Below, piece by piece: positions 31,221-40,215 of a stretch of DNA of 64,000 nucleotides. Both the position numbers and the translations under genes were made by a program. The notes under the pieces are model-generated. The model saw only the letters and a program-made list of their open reading frames with translations. It had not been told where the DNA came from and made no database searches. Position 1 is the stretch's first letter, and each line of letters starts with the position of its first letter. This DNA comes from Frigoriflavimonas asaccharolytica (GTDB lineage Bacteria > Bacteroidota > Bacteroidia > Flavobacteriales > Weeksellaceae): contig NZ_JABSNO010000003.1 of NCBI RefSeq assembly GCF_013294015.1, positions 78,746-142,745 of the forward strand, written 5' to 3'.

Positions 31221-32780
31221 TTAATTATTCAAATCTGTTGGTTCTTCTTTTATTTCAATTTTTGGCTTAGTAGAATTCCCTAGATGTTTTTTTGCTAGAT
31301 TTGCAGTTGCTTCATCTTCACCCTTTAGATAATTGGGTAAATTAAGACCTGCCATATTGAAAAGATCATTCAAAGGTGGTACAGATTTCATCATTCCCGA
31401 TACAAAATTTGATGTAGAAGTGCTACCATCTGCATTATTTCCGCCATCCCAAACGGTAATTTTATCAATTTTAATATTCTTAACAGCTTCTACTTGGGTT
31501 TTAACCAATTCTGGTAGTTTTTCTATTAATAATAATTGGAAGGCAGAATTTGTATCTCCACCTGCAGCTTTCACAATTTTATCATAACCATCTGCTTGTT
31601 TCGTCAAAATTTCATACAAACCTCTCGCTTCTGCGTCCATTTTTGCAAAGATTGCATCTGCTTCTCCACGAGCTTGCAATCTTATTTTTTCTGCATCTGC
31701 TTCTGCATCTATTATTTGCTTTTGTTTTGCAATTTCTGCTGGTATTACGATATTCGCATTTTGGGTTGCTCTTTCTCTTTCTGCACGGGCTTTTTCTGCC
31801 TTTTGCTCTGCAACATAAGATTCTTCTAAAGCTCTTGCAGCTTGCACTTTTTCTGCAGTCATTGCTAATTTTGTAGCTTCTGCTTCTTTTTCTCTTCGTA
31901 ACGCATCAGATTGAGCGATGGTTATTTTCGCTTCGTTTTCTCCTTTCACAGCAATAGAGTCTGCTTCTGAAGTTGCGATTCTAGATTCTTTCATTGCAAC
32001 AGCTCTACCAATACTTTCATCTTTTGCGGCAGAAGCAATGCTTACTTCTCTATCTTTATTGGTGATTGCAATTTTTACATCACGATCTCTGTGCGTTTCT
32101 GCAATCTGTGTTTCACGTTCTCTATCTGCAATTGCTTTTCCTGTTTCCCCAATTTTTTCTTGTTCTGCAACAGAAATTTTCGCCTCGTTGATTGCTTTTG
32201 CAGCGGCTTCTTTTCCTAATGCTTCTATATAACCAGATTCATCTTTGATGTCTGTTACGTTAACGTTGATCAATTTTAAACCAATTTTTTTCAATTCATT
32301 GTCTACGTTTTTCGCAATATTTTCTAGAAATTTATCTCTGTCTGAGTTAATCTCCTCAATCGTCATCATCGCAACAACCAAACGCAATTGCCCGAAAAGT
32401 ATATCTTTAGATAATTCTTGAATTTGCTCCGTCGTTAAACCCAATAATCTTTCTGCAGCATTTCCCATAGAATCTGATTCTGTAGAAATTGCAATTGTAA
32501 ATCTACAAGGTACATCTACACGAATATTTTGTTTGGAAAGTGCATTGGTAAGATTGGCTTCAATAGAAATTGGTTTTAAATCCAAATAAGCATAATCTTG
32601 TATCACTGGCCAAATAAATGCACCTCCACCATGTATGCATTTCGCAGATGTGCCACCAGTTTTACCATAAATTACCAAAACTTTGTCCGAGGGACATCTT
32701 TTATATCTTGAGATAAGTGCGAGTATGGTTGCAAATACTACTACTGCAGCTACTCCTATTAAAATAAATCCTTCCATCAT
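31221..32780 (-). CDS. flotillin-like SPFH/band-7 protein (YqiK-like)
   Basis: N-terminal TM and SPFH domain. Long Ala/Glu/Lys-rich coiled coil. Preceded by an NfeD-like gene. Confidence 0.8.
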   Translation of the reverse strand: MMEGFILIGVAAVVVFATILALISRYKRCPSDKVLVIYGKTGGTSAKCIHGGGAFIWPVIQDYAYLDLKPISIEANLTNALSKQNIRVDVPCRFTIAISTESDSMGNAAERLLGLTTEQIQELSKDILFGQLRLVVAMMTIEEINSDRDKFLENIAKNVDNELKKIGLKLINVNVTDIKDESGYIEALGKEAAAKAINEAKISVAEQEKIGETGKAIADRERETQIAETHRDRDVKIAITNKDREVSIASAAKDESIGRAVAMKESRIATSEADSIAVKGENEAKITIAQSDALRREKEAEATKLAMTAEKVQAARALEESYVAEQKAEKARAERERATQNANIVIPAEIAKQKQIIDAEADAEKIRLQARGEADAIFAKMDAEARGLYEILTKQADGYDKIVKAAGGDTNSAFQLLLIEKLPELVKTQVEAVKNIKIDKITVWDGGNNADGSTSTSNFVSGMMKSVPPLNDLFNMAGLNLPNYLKGEDEATANLAKKHLGNSTKPKIEIKEEPTDLNN

Positions 32781-32805
32781 TGATTATGTTATTTTTAATT
32801 AATTT

Positions 32806-33375
32806 TTAAATTTTTTCTACAAATACTATTTTATTTTCTATTTTCATCACCTTTACAATGCTGCCTGCCTCAATTTTTTCTTTTTCATGTGTCATTGCAT
32901 CCAATTCATGAATGCTTCCTTTAATGCTTATTTGCACTTTACCAGAACCAGTTTCATGCCCAGGAATTGTCATATAAATTTCTCCAGATTTTCCCAGTAC
33001 ATTATTTAAATCAAAAGTATTGTCTTCTTGTAATTTTAAAATTTGTTTGATGATGACAAAAAATATTGCAACAAATATAAGTCCTACTACAAAGGCGAAT
33101 AATACTAATAAAGTTTCACTAAATTTTCCATAGAAAGCAGCGCCCGTCCAGCCAAAACCTAGCAGAAAATTAATTAAATTTCTGAAAGTAAAAAGTTCAA
33201 AAGGTGCATCAATATGTTGAAAATCTCCATTAAAATCCGCATCTACATCTGCAGAAGCATCTGAACCTATAAAAGTAAGGATGGTTTGAAATATAAAAAT
33301 TAACGAGGCAAAAAAAGCGAGATACCAAAATGATTGCAGCAAAGTTGGCATTTCAGAAAAATATTCTGGAAACAT
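32806..33375 (-). CDS. NfeD-like membrane protein (YqiJ-like), flotillin partner
   Basis: Multiple TM helices with a C-terminal OB-fold-like soluble tail. Sits immediately upstream of the flotillin gene. Confidence 0.6.
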   Translation of the reverse strand: MFPEYFSEMPTLLQSFWYLAFFASLIFIFQTILTFIGSDASADVDADFNGDFQHIDAPFELFTFRNLINFLLGFGWTGAAFYGKFSETLLVLFAFVVGLIFVAIFFVIIKQILKLQEDNTFDLNNVLGKSGEIYMTIPGHETGSGKVQISIKGSIHELDAMTHEKEKIEAGSIVKVMKIENKIVFVEKI

Positions 33376-33457
33376 AATGTTATTTAATACTGCTAATATA
33401 ATTAAAAGAAAATAATTAAATTGAAATAATTTCTGAACTTAAAAAATCAAATATTTA

Positions 33458-34339
33458 TCAATCCAAAATACCTCTTATTTCTGGATATTCAGATATTTTT
33501 TTAAATTGATATTTTTTAGATTTTTGCAAACTAGCAATCAATAATTTTAATTCCTTTACAGAATTCTCGTCTCTCAAATATTGATCATGCGTAAGAATTA
33601 CCAAATGTTTTGATGTTTTTTCTAAATTATTTTTAAAAATACTATCAATGTTTGCGATCATCACTTTATGATCTTCCGCAAGTTTCATATCCTTTGTTGG
33701 TCGCCATTCAAGATCCCAACCAACTACTTTAAAACCATCTTTGTATAGCAAATCTGCAGCTGATTTGGAAGATTTGATGTCCGTAGAATTTACATTTTTC
33801 ATTCTCCATATATTTCTACCTGGTGTTCTTACAATTTTGGTTTTTAAATTCAAACTATCTTTTGCGTTTCTAAAATCTGCAAGTACATTTTCGGGATTTT
33901 TATAAAATTCGCTGTATTGATTCTTAGCGTGAGAATAGCTGTGGTTTGCAATTTCAAATAGGGAATCTGCTTCCAATTGTTCATACATTTTCTTTTGAAA
34001 GCTGCTGCTTTTTGCATGCTTCGCAACAATAAATGTTGTAACAGGAATTTTGGCTTCATCAATAATTTTAATCAGATTGTCTGTTCCATTATTAGGTCCA
34101 TCATCAAAAGTAAAATATAATGTTCTGCGTTCGTCTACAATTTCTGGATTTTCTACGTAATTATCTTTTGCATCTTTTTTTATTTTTTCCTCATCTTTAT
34201 GTGAGGATTTCATCGTTGCAATTTTTTTCTGATCTCCTACATTAGATTTTAAAAAGTGATAAGAAATTGCAGATGCAAACAAGACAGCAAAACCGACAAG
34301 AATTTTTACTTTAGGTTCTGTCGCAGAAAATTTTTTCAT
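33458..34339 (-). CDS. polysaccharide deacetylase family protein (NodB homology)
   Basis: TFDDGP motif plus a His-containing NodB-like segment. N-terminal signal/anchor. Confidence 0.7.
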   Translation of the reverse strand: MKKFSATEPKVKILVGFAVLFASAISYHFLKSNVGDQKKIATMKSSHKDEEKIKKDAKDNYVENPEIVDERRTLYFTFDDGPNNGTDNLIKIIDEAKIPVTTFIVAKHAKSSSFQKKMYEQLEADSLFEIANHSYSHAKNQYSEFYKNPENVLADFRNAKDSLNLKTKIVRTPGRNIWRMKNVNSTDIKSSKSAADLLYKDGFKVVGWDLEWRPTKDMKLAEDHKVMIANIDSIFKNNLEKTSKHLVILTHDQYLRDENSVKELKLLIASLQKSKKYQFKKISEYPEIRGILD

Positions 34340-34489
34340 GTAATTGGAAGTGTTAAATTTAGTTAAAGTTTATTAAATTATCTTAACAAAAAATATGCCA
34401 AATTGAAATTTTTACTAAAATTTTTCTAAAAAAAAATGTCCTCCATTTAGAAGAACAATTTTAAGTAAAGAGAAAGATTAAGTAAGCAA

Positions 34490-34885
34490 TTATTGATTGC
34501 CACCTGGTAAACTATCTCTCGTATTCTTTTGCACTGCAATAGCACCAAACAATGCTAAAAGAAAGGCAAATGCATAAAATCCCTTTTCACTTGGCAAGAT
34601 TGTAGCGTTCCACAAACCAACAATTAATAAGCAGATTGATAGTATTGTGGCAAACCAGCAAATACCATAATAGATATTGGTAACGGGAAGACCTTCTAAT
34701 TTATCTCGCACACTTTTTTGTAGAGATATAACACCAAAAAGTCCGAACATCAAAACGGTGAAATAATATCCTTGCTCATTCAATTCCATTTCTGCGCGAA
34801 ATAACCCAATTAAAAATCCTATTGTTCCAGATCCGAGTGCTATCCAAGAAGCAGCTACGAAGGCATTAGAAGTTTTTTGCATCAT
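34490..34885 (-). CDS. YiaA/YiaB family inner membrane protein
   Basis: Two homologous two-helix repeats (FLIGLF...GYYFTV / ICLLIVGLW...GFYAFAF). Confidence 0.6.
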   Translation of the reverse strand: MMQKTSNAFVAASWIALGSGTIGFLIGLFRAEMELNEQGYYFTVLMFGLFGVISLQKSVRDKLEGLPVTNIYYGICWFATILSICLLIVGLWNATILPSEKGFYAFAFLLALFGAIAVQKNTRDSLPGGNQ

Positions 34886-34992
34886 GTTTTTATTTTATAA
34901 ATTATTGTTCAAAAATAAACTTTTTTCTGAGATACTAAATTTTAAATTTCATAAATATATTTATTTATCAGAATTTTTTCACAAATTTCCAT

Positions 34993-35496
34993 TTGAATAA
35001 ATATTTTATGAATACCTTTAATAAAAAAATCATGAAAAATAAAACTGTTTTCCAATTTATTTCAGAACCAAGCGACGTAAACTACGGTGGGAATGTGCAT
35101 GGCGGAAGTGTGATGAAATGGATAGACCAAGCAGGATATGCTTGCGCAAGTAGTTGGTCTTCTAGTTATTGTGTAACCGTTTATGTAGGCGGAATCAGGT
35201 TTTATTCTCCCATAAAAATAGGACACTTGGTGAAAGTGGAAGCGGAAGTAATTTATACGGGAGAAACAAGTATGCAGATAAGCATCAATGTATTTTCTAG
35301 AAACATAAAACACAAAATTTTTGAAAAGAAAACGCATTGCATCATCGTTTTTGTTGCGGTAGACGACGAAGGAAAATCCGTTTCTGTGCCCAAGTTTTTT
35401 CCGAAATCTAAAAAAGACAAAAAGATGGAAAAATATGCAATAAAATTAATGAAATTGAGAAAAAATATTGAAGAAGAAATGAAACCGTTTTTGTAG
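34993..35496 (+). CDS. acyl-CoA thioesterase (hotdog fold, YciA-like)
   Basis: NYGGNVHGG motif; the true start is probably the internal Met at MKNKTVFQF. Confidence 0.7.
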   Translation: MNKYFMNTFNKKIMKNKTVFQFISEPSDVNYGGNVHGGSVMKWIDQAGYACASSWSSSYCVTVYVGGIRFYSPIKIGHLVKVEAEVIYTGETSMQISINVFSRNIKHKIFEKKTHCIIVFVAVDDEGKSVSVPKFFPKSKKDKKMEKYAIKLMKLRKNIEEEMKPFL

Positions 35497-35660
35497 ATAA
35501 TTTACTGTTTAATATCCTTTACAACAGTTCGTATTGCAATTTTACTTTTTTAGAAATACGGTGTTTTTTATTGCCTCGTTCTTCTCAAGATTTGCAAATT
35601 GACCAGTGAAATTCTTATGGAATTGTTTAATTTTTGATTTTGCAAAATTAAAATTAGCAG

Positions 35661-37136
35661 TTAAAGTCCATTCAAAAACTCTTCCGCATTTTTATAATGT
35701 GCACTACGTTTCTCCTCATCCATTTTAGTAAAAGTATGGTACATCATACCAACTCTCGGATTTCCTTTGAAAAAATCTTGATTTTCACCAACAAACCTCC
35801 AAAATAATCCGTCCCAAATTTTGTCCCAATCTCCAGAAGGGTAGTTGCTCATTTTTTTGATGTAATTAGAACCGCTTAAATACGGTTTGGTAGCGAAAGT
35901 TCCACCATCTGCAAATTGGCTCATTCCGTAGATATTGGGAACCATCACCCAATCATAAGCATCAATAAATAATTCCATAAACCACTGGTACACTTCATCT
36001 GGATCTATTTCGCAAAGCAACATGAAATTTCCCAAAACCATTAATCTTTCGATATGATGACAATATCCGGTTTTCAAAACTTTTTTTATCGTCTCATCAA
36101 TTGCTGGAATTCCCGTAGTTCCATCATAAAAACTTTTTGGCATTTTTCTCTTGAAACCAAAGAAATTTTTATTTCTAGAAAATACGCCTTTTGCCAAATA
36201 CATTCCGTGAATAAACTCGCGCCAACCTATAATTTGACGAATAAAACCTTCCAAAGAATTGAGTGGAATTTCGTTCTTCTTTGCAAAATTTAAGGTTCGT
36301 TCAACAACTTGCATTGGCGTAAGTAAACCTGCATTCATCAACGGAGAAAGCAAACTATGGTTAAGAAAATGTTCTTTTTCTACTATCGCATCTTCATAAA
36401 TACCAAAATCGTGGAAACGAAAATCTAAAAACTGCTCCAACCAATTTTCTGCTTCTTCATGTGTTGCTGGATAATATGAATTTTCTGAAATTTCGCCTAA
36501 ACTTTGAGCAAAATTATTTTGAACATAAAGTACTGCTTCCTTCCAATACGCAGATTTTTCTGGAAAATCTATGCTTGGTGGAATTTTATTTTTCGGATAT
36601 TTCTTGCGATTATCTGCATCATACGTCCATTTTCCACCTTCGGGATTTCCGTTTTCGTCAATTAATATATTTAAACGAATTCTTTCTTCTTTATAAAATG
36701 AAGTTTGGAAATAGGATTTTTTATTGGGATCAAAAAATTTTTGCAAATCTTTGAGATTATTGATGAAATAAGGAGTTTCTAAAATATTTAGTTGAATGTT
36801 TTCCGAAACTTTTGCCAATCTTTTTTCCAAATTAAAATCTGCAGGATAAAGCACATTTATTTCTGTAATATTTTTAGAATCTATTTCTTTATTAAATTTT
36901 CTAATATCAGAGCATTCAGTTTCACTTTCTATATAATGTACTTTTGCTCCTTTTTCTTCTAAATATTTTTGATAATATTTCATAGAAGCACGATGAAAAG
37001 CCAACTTTTGTTTATGAAATTTGTATTGTTGGAAAAATAAATATTCTTCTACCAAATAAAAATCGCCTTTATTTTCTAGTAAAGGATTATCTGCAATCAA
37101 CTGATGCGGAAAAACTATATTGATTATTTTAGACAT
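35661..37136 (-). CDS. cryptochrome/photolyase-family protein (COG3046-like photolyase-related protein)
   Basis: 491 aa with a GWREF motif and C-terminal aromatic-rich FAD-pocket-like segment (WDKIWDGLFWRF). Lacks the 4-Cys FeS-BCP signature. Confidence 0.55.
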   Translation of the reverse strand: MSKIINIVFPHQLIADNPLLENKGDFYLVEEYLFFQQYKFHKQKLAFHRASMKYYQKYLEEKGAKVHYIESETECSDIRKFNKEIDSKNITEINVLYPADFNLEKRLAKVSENIQLNILETPYFINNLKDLQKFFDPNKKSYFQTSFYKEERIRLNILIDENGNPEGGKWTYDADNRKKYPKNKIPPSIDFPEKSAYWKEAVLYVQNNFAQSLGEISENSYYPATHEEAENWLEQFLDFRFHDFGIYEDAIVEKEHFLNHSLLSPLMNAGLLTPMQVVERTLNFAKKNEIPLNSLEGFIRQIIGWREFIHGMYLAKGVFSRNKNFFGFKRKMPKSFYDGTTGIPAIDETIKKVLKTGYCHHIERLMVLGNFMLLCEIDPDEVYQWFMELFIDAYDWVMVPNIYGMSQFADGGTFATKPYLSGSNYIKKMSNYPSGDWDKIWDGLFWRFVGENQDFFKGNPRVGMMYHTFTKMDEEKRSAHYKNAEEFLNGL

Positions 37137-37139
37137 ATT

Positions 37140-37268
37140 TTATTTATTTCTACGGCATTTTTCACTGCAATATTTCACTTCTTCCCAATTTTTCTCCCAT
37201 TTTTTTCTCCAAGAAAAAGGAAGTTTACAGACTGGGCAAATTTTTGTGGGCAAATCAGATTTTTTCAT
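37140..37268 (-). CDS. DUF2256-like small zinc-ribbon protein (42 aa), not in ORF track
   Basis: Manual translation gives [46 protein letters not shown]...CSEKC arrangement and WRKKW motif typical of DUF2256. Its ATG overlaps the upstream gene stop as ATGA. It ends 3 bp before the next gene's start. Confidence 0.65.
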   Translation of the reverse strand: MKKSDLPTKICPVCKLPFSWRKKWEKNWEEVKYCSEKCRRNK

Positions 37269-37894
37269 TCAAACTCTGGTATTTCCGACGTTCTTACGTA
37301 TGGAAAAGTGTCTAATTTGGATAAACTATAATAAGAATTTAAACCTGAAATTCCTGCAGATTTAGATTTTTGTAAATCTATTTGTCCTAAATTATTCACC
37401 AAATCATCTGCTAAAATTAATTGCTCCACATTACCAATAATAAATTTGCAATCGTTTGGTAAATCTATAATGCTAGATAATTTCATTCCAATTTTAATGG
37501 GACTTTCTTTTACAAATGGTGCGAAAAAATCTTCTACATATTCTTTTTCAATGTTCATTCTATCAAATTCAGATTCTTCCGAACCTAATTTTGCAGAAGT
37601 ATAATGCGCTTTTTTTATTAAATTTTCTGGAATGTGGTTGATGCTGTACCTTTCCGTGGATTTAATATTTTTAAAAGTATCGCTTTCTTTTTCTACTTGC
37701 GGTCTCAAAACGAACGCCAATTGTGCAGGATGAGAACCCAAATGTACAACGGAAGAAATAACGGCAACATTTTCTACACCTTCTTCAGATTTTGTTGCTA
37801 TTAAGTTGGCAGGTTTTATTCCGGTGATGGAATTGATGAGATTTAATCTGTATTTACGTTCCAGATTTTCTATTTTTGATTTTTTTAAATTCAT
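37265..37894 (-). CDS. flavin reductase-like (FMN-binding split-barrel) family protein
   Basis: 209 aa, pattern consistent with flavin reductase-like domain proteins; lies within the photolyase-related cluster. Confidence 0.55.
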   Translation of the reverse strand: MNLKKSKIENLERKYRLNLINSITGIKPANLIATKSEEGVENVAVISSVVHLGSHPAQLAFVLRPQVEKESDTFKNIKSTERYSINHIPENLIKKAHYTSAKLGSEESEFDRMNIEKEYVEDFFAPFVKESPIKIGMKLSSIIDLPNDCKFIIGNVEQLILADDLVNNLGQIDLQKSKSAGISGLNSYYSLSKLDTFPYVRTSEIPEFE

Positions 37895-37913
37895 AAATTG
37901 TAATTTTTAACAA

Positions 37914-37990
37914 CTCTCGCAGATTTTTCAAATTTTGCAGATTTTTGTATAAAAATAAATAATCTGCATCATTAGCAAAATCTGCGAGAG
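37914..37990. promoter_or_regulatory. nested inverted repeat (GCAGATTTTT units) in an intergenic spacer of the photolyase-related cluster
   Basis: Outer arms ctctcgcagatttt (37914-37927) and aaaatctgcgagag (37977-37990). Inner arms ttgcagattttt and aatctgca. Confidence 0.4.
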
Positions 37991-38000
37991 AAAGATCTTT

Positions 38001-38957
38001 TTAATTTTCAAATTCTTTTTGCAACACTTTTTTAATTTTTTTCCAGAAATTAAAAAATGAAGGAAAATCGCCGTAAATATTGGTCAATGTCTCTCTTTCT
38101 TCTTTAATTCCCAAATAATGAGCATTGGTTGGATGTTCTTTATAAATAATATTTTCTTTTGAAATAATTTTATTTAAATCAGAAAATTCACTAATAATAA
38201 TTTTTATATTAGGAATATTTTCGGATAAATTTAGAGCAAAATCTAGACATTTTTCTGATACGGGAAATTGCTTAAAATGGGAAGTTTCTAATAATAATAT
38301 TCTTTGAAAATTGTCTTCTAAATGCCAATTGAAATCTAAATTGTAGTAATTGTAAACTAGAGTTTTTTCATTATTAAGGATAGGATTTTCTATTTTTGGA
38401 AGCATTGTTTGCAAATTCAAAACCTCTACATCTTTTAAAATTTCGGGAATTTGTAAATCAGGTAATGTAGAATAATCAACATCCATGAAAGTATCTTTCT
38501 GATTACCTTCAAAATATTTATTAAAATTTTCTTGATTTGCAAAATATTTTTTGCTAGAAAAACTTCCAGCAACCCATTGCCAACTTAAATGATTGCTTGC
38601 CAAATCTCCATCTAGCAAATTATAATACAACCATTTTGCAGGATTGAACCAGTGAGAATGTGCAATATTACAAGTGATAGAAGCAATGTACATCCGCAAA
38701 TGGTTGTGAATATATCCGCTTGTATAAAGTTCAGAAATGCCTTTGTCTATAATATTTATCCCAGTATTTCCTACAAAAATTGCCTTTGGAATTTCCCAAT
38801 TTTCTACATTTTCTTGCATTTTCTTTAAATCTGAAAATATCAAATCTTGTTTTGCTTTGTAAACTTCTTGAAAAAAATCTCTCCAAGCCAATTCTTGCAC
38901 TAATCTTTCTACCTCAAACCATTGCAAATTTAAAGTTTTCAAATGCTCAAAAACCAT
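38001..38957 (-). CDS. photolyase/cryptochrome FAD-binding-domain-like protein, atypical (lacks N-terminal alpha/beta domain)
   Basis: The first ~140 aa carry WRDFF, TGINIIDKG...HNHLRMY and LLDGDLASNHLSWQWVAGS motifs. In canonical photolyases these lie in the C-terminal third. About 170 further residues follow with no clear motif. Confidence 0.6.
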   Translation of the reverse strand: MVFEHLKTLNLQWFEVERLVQELAWRDFFQEVYKAKQDLIFSDLKKMQENVENWEIPKAIFVGNTGINIIDKGISELYTSGYIHNHLRMYIASITCNIAHSHWFNPAKWLYYNLLDGDLASNHLSWQWVAGSFSSKKYFANQENFNKYFEGNQKDTFMDVDYSTLPDLQIPEILKDVEVLNLQTMLPKIENPILNNEKTLVYNYYNLDFNWHLEDNFQRILLLETSHFKQFPVSEKCLDFALNLSENIPNIKIIISEFSDLNKIISKENIIYKEHPTNAHYLGIKEERETLTNIYGDFPSFFNFWKKIKKVLQKEFEN

Positions 38958-39097
38958 TTTTGTAGATATTGCACCACGAGAAATGTACGGGCTTAAATGC
39001 GTGACAGCACCATTTCCAAAATTTCTAGTGGAAGAATATTTTACAGGATTTATCTCAGAAATCCTTGTTTTTATCGCTGATATGGAAGTTGGGAAGT

Positions 39098-39367
39098 CTA
39101 TCGCTTTGAAATTTTATTGTTGGAAATTGCATTCTGCCGAGAACATTTGAAGCGAGAAATATCATCGCTTCGTTTTTTGAGGTGTTTTTTGCTAACACCA
39201 GAATTCACTCGTTTTCGCCATAATTTGAAAGAACTTTCTTTCAATTCGGTGCGCATTAGTTGAATAACATCTGCTTCTGCAAAGCCAAATTGGAATTTTA
39301 TGGCTTCAAAAGGCGTTCTATCTTCCCATGCCATTTCTATGATTCTATCTGTTTGTCTGTCTGTCAT
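39098..39367 (-). CDS. DUF2132/TIGR03643-like small protein
   Basis: IIEMAWEDRTPFEAIKFQFG motif, which I recall as characteristic of the DUF2132 family. Basic C-terminal tail. Confidence 0.5.
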   Translation of the reverse strand: MTDRQTDRIIEMAWEDRTPFEAIKFQFGFAEADVIQLMRTELKESSFKLWRKRVNSGVSKKHLKKRSDDISRFKCSRQNAISNNKISKR

Positions 39368-39450
39368 GCTGTTAGGTTCAAAATTTAAAATTCAATGGTT
39401 TAAAGTTTTTAAGAATTAAATCTTAATCAATTATCATTTTTCATTTATAT

Positions 39451-40215
39451 TTAAAGTTTCTCTGTCAAATATTTCCAATATCTTTTTGGTACGTGTTGGT
39501 AGTGTAATTTCAAGTTTTTTCGTTCGGGTATATTTGTTTTAAAAAAGTAGCGTTGCCACAACTTTTGGTATCTTTTTTCTTCATCATGCAGCAATTCATC
39601 TATCTTTTGAAACTGATATATTTGGTCAGATTCTGGATTAAAAAATTCCATTGTTTTCAAATCGTAAAAAACGCCGTAGTGTCTTTTCAAATCGTAAATC
39701 ATCCACTTTTGGTCTTGATATCGATCTTTAAAGTGCTTCACAATTAAGGGTAAAACATTAAAATCTGGTTCAATCTTCGCAAAATAAACATCATCTTTCA
39801 ATTTTTCAAACCGTACAAAAGCGTGCATTCTGTGGATTTCTCTATTGACGGATTTATTTATTTTTGCAATTTCCAAAATTTCATCGTCGCTGTAATTTAA
39901 TAAAACATCAACAGTAGGATTTTTAATTGATTTTTTTACGGCATTTAAAACTAAAAATTCTACATCTTTTCTTTCGGATAAATATACTTTCAGCAATTTT
40001 GAAACTCCAGTTTTACCGATATTTTTTTCTAATTTTTTTAAAACTCTATCTGATTTTTCAATAGAAGTTAGCACTTCATGAAGATTTGAAAACATGTTTT
40101 CACTCAAATAATTTTCTTTAGCAATTATTTCTGCTGGCTCATATTTATATTCAAAAACCTCGAATATTGCGGTAAATAAGCCTTCAAAACTGCCATCATA
40201 GAGTAGAGTAGTCAT
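39451..40215 (-). CDS. TIGR03915/DUF4130-like probable DNA metabolism protein (partner of radical SAM TIGR03916)
   Basis: 254 aa; abuts the upstream radical-SAM gene with no gap. N-terminal MTTLLYDGSFEGLFTAIFEVFE pattern resembles this family. Confidence 0.5.
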   Translation of the reverse strand: MTTLLYDGSFEGLFTAIFEVFEYKYEPAEIIAKENYLSENMFSNLHEVLTSIEKSDRVLKKLEKNIGKTGVSKLLKVYLSERKDVEFLVLNAVKKSIKNPTVDVLLNYSDDEILEIAKINKSVNREIHRMHAFVRFEKLKDDVYFAKIEPDFNVLPLIVKHFKDRYQDQKWMIYDLKRHYGVFYDLKTMEFFNPESDQIYQFQKIDELLHDEEKRYQKLWQRYFFKTNIPERKNLKLHYQHVPKRYWKYLTEKL

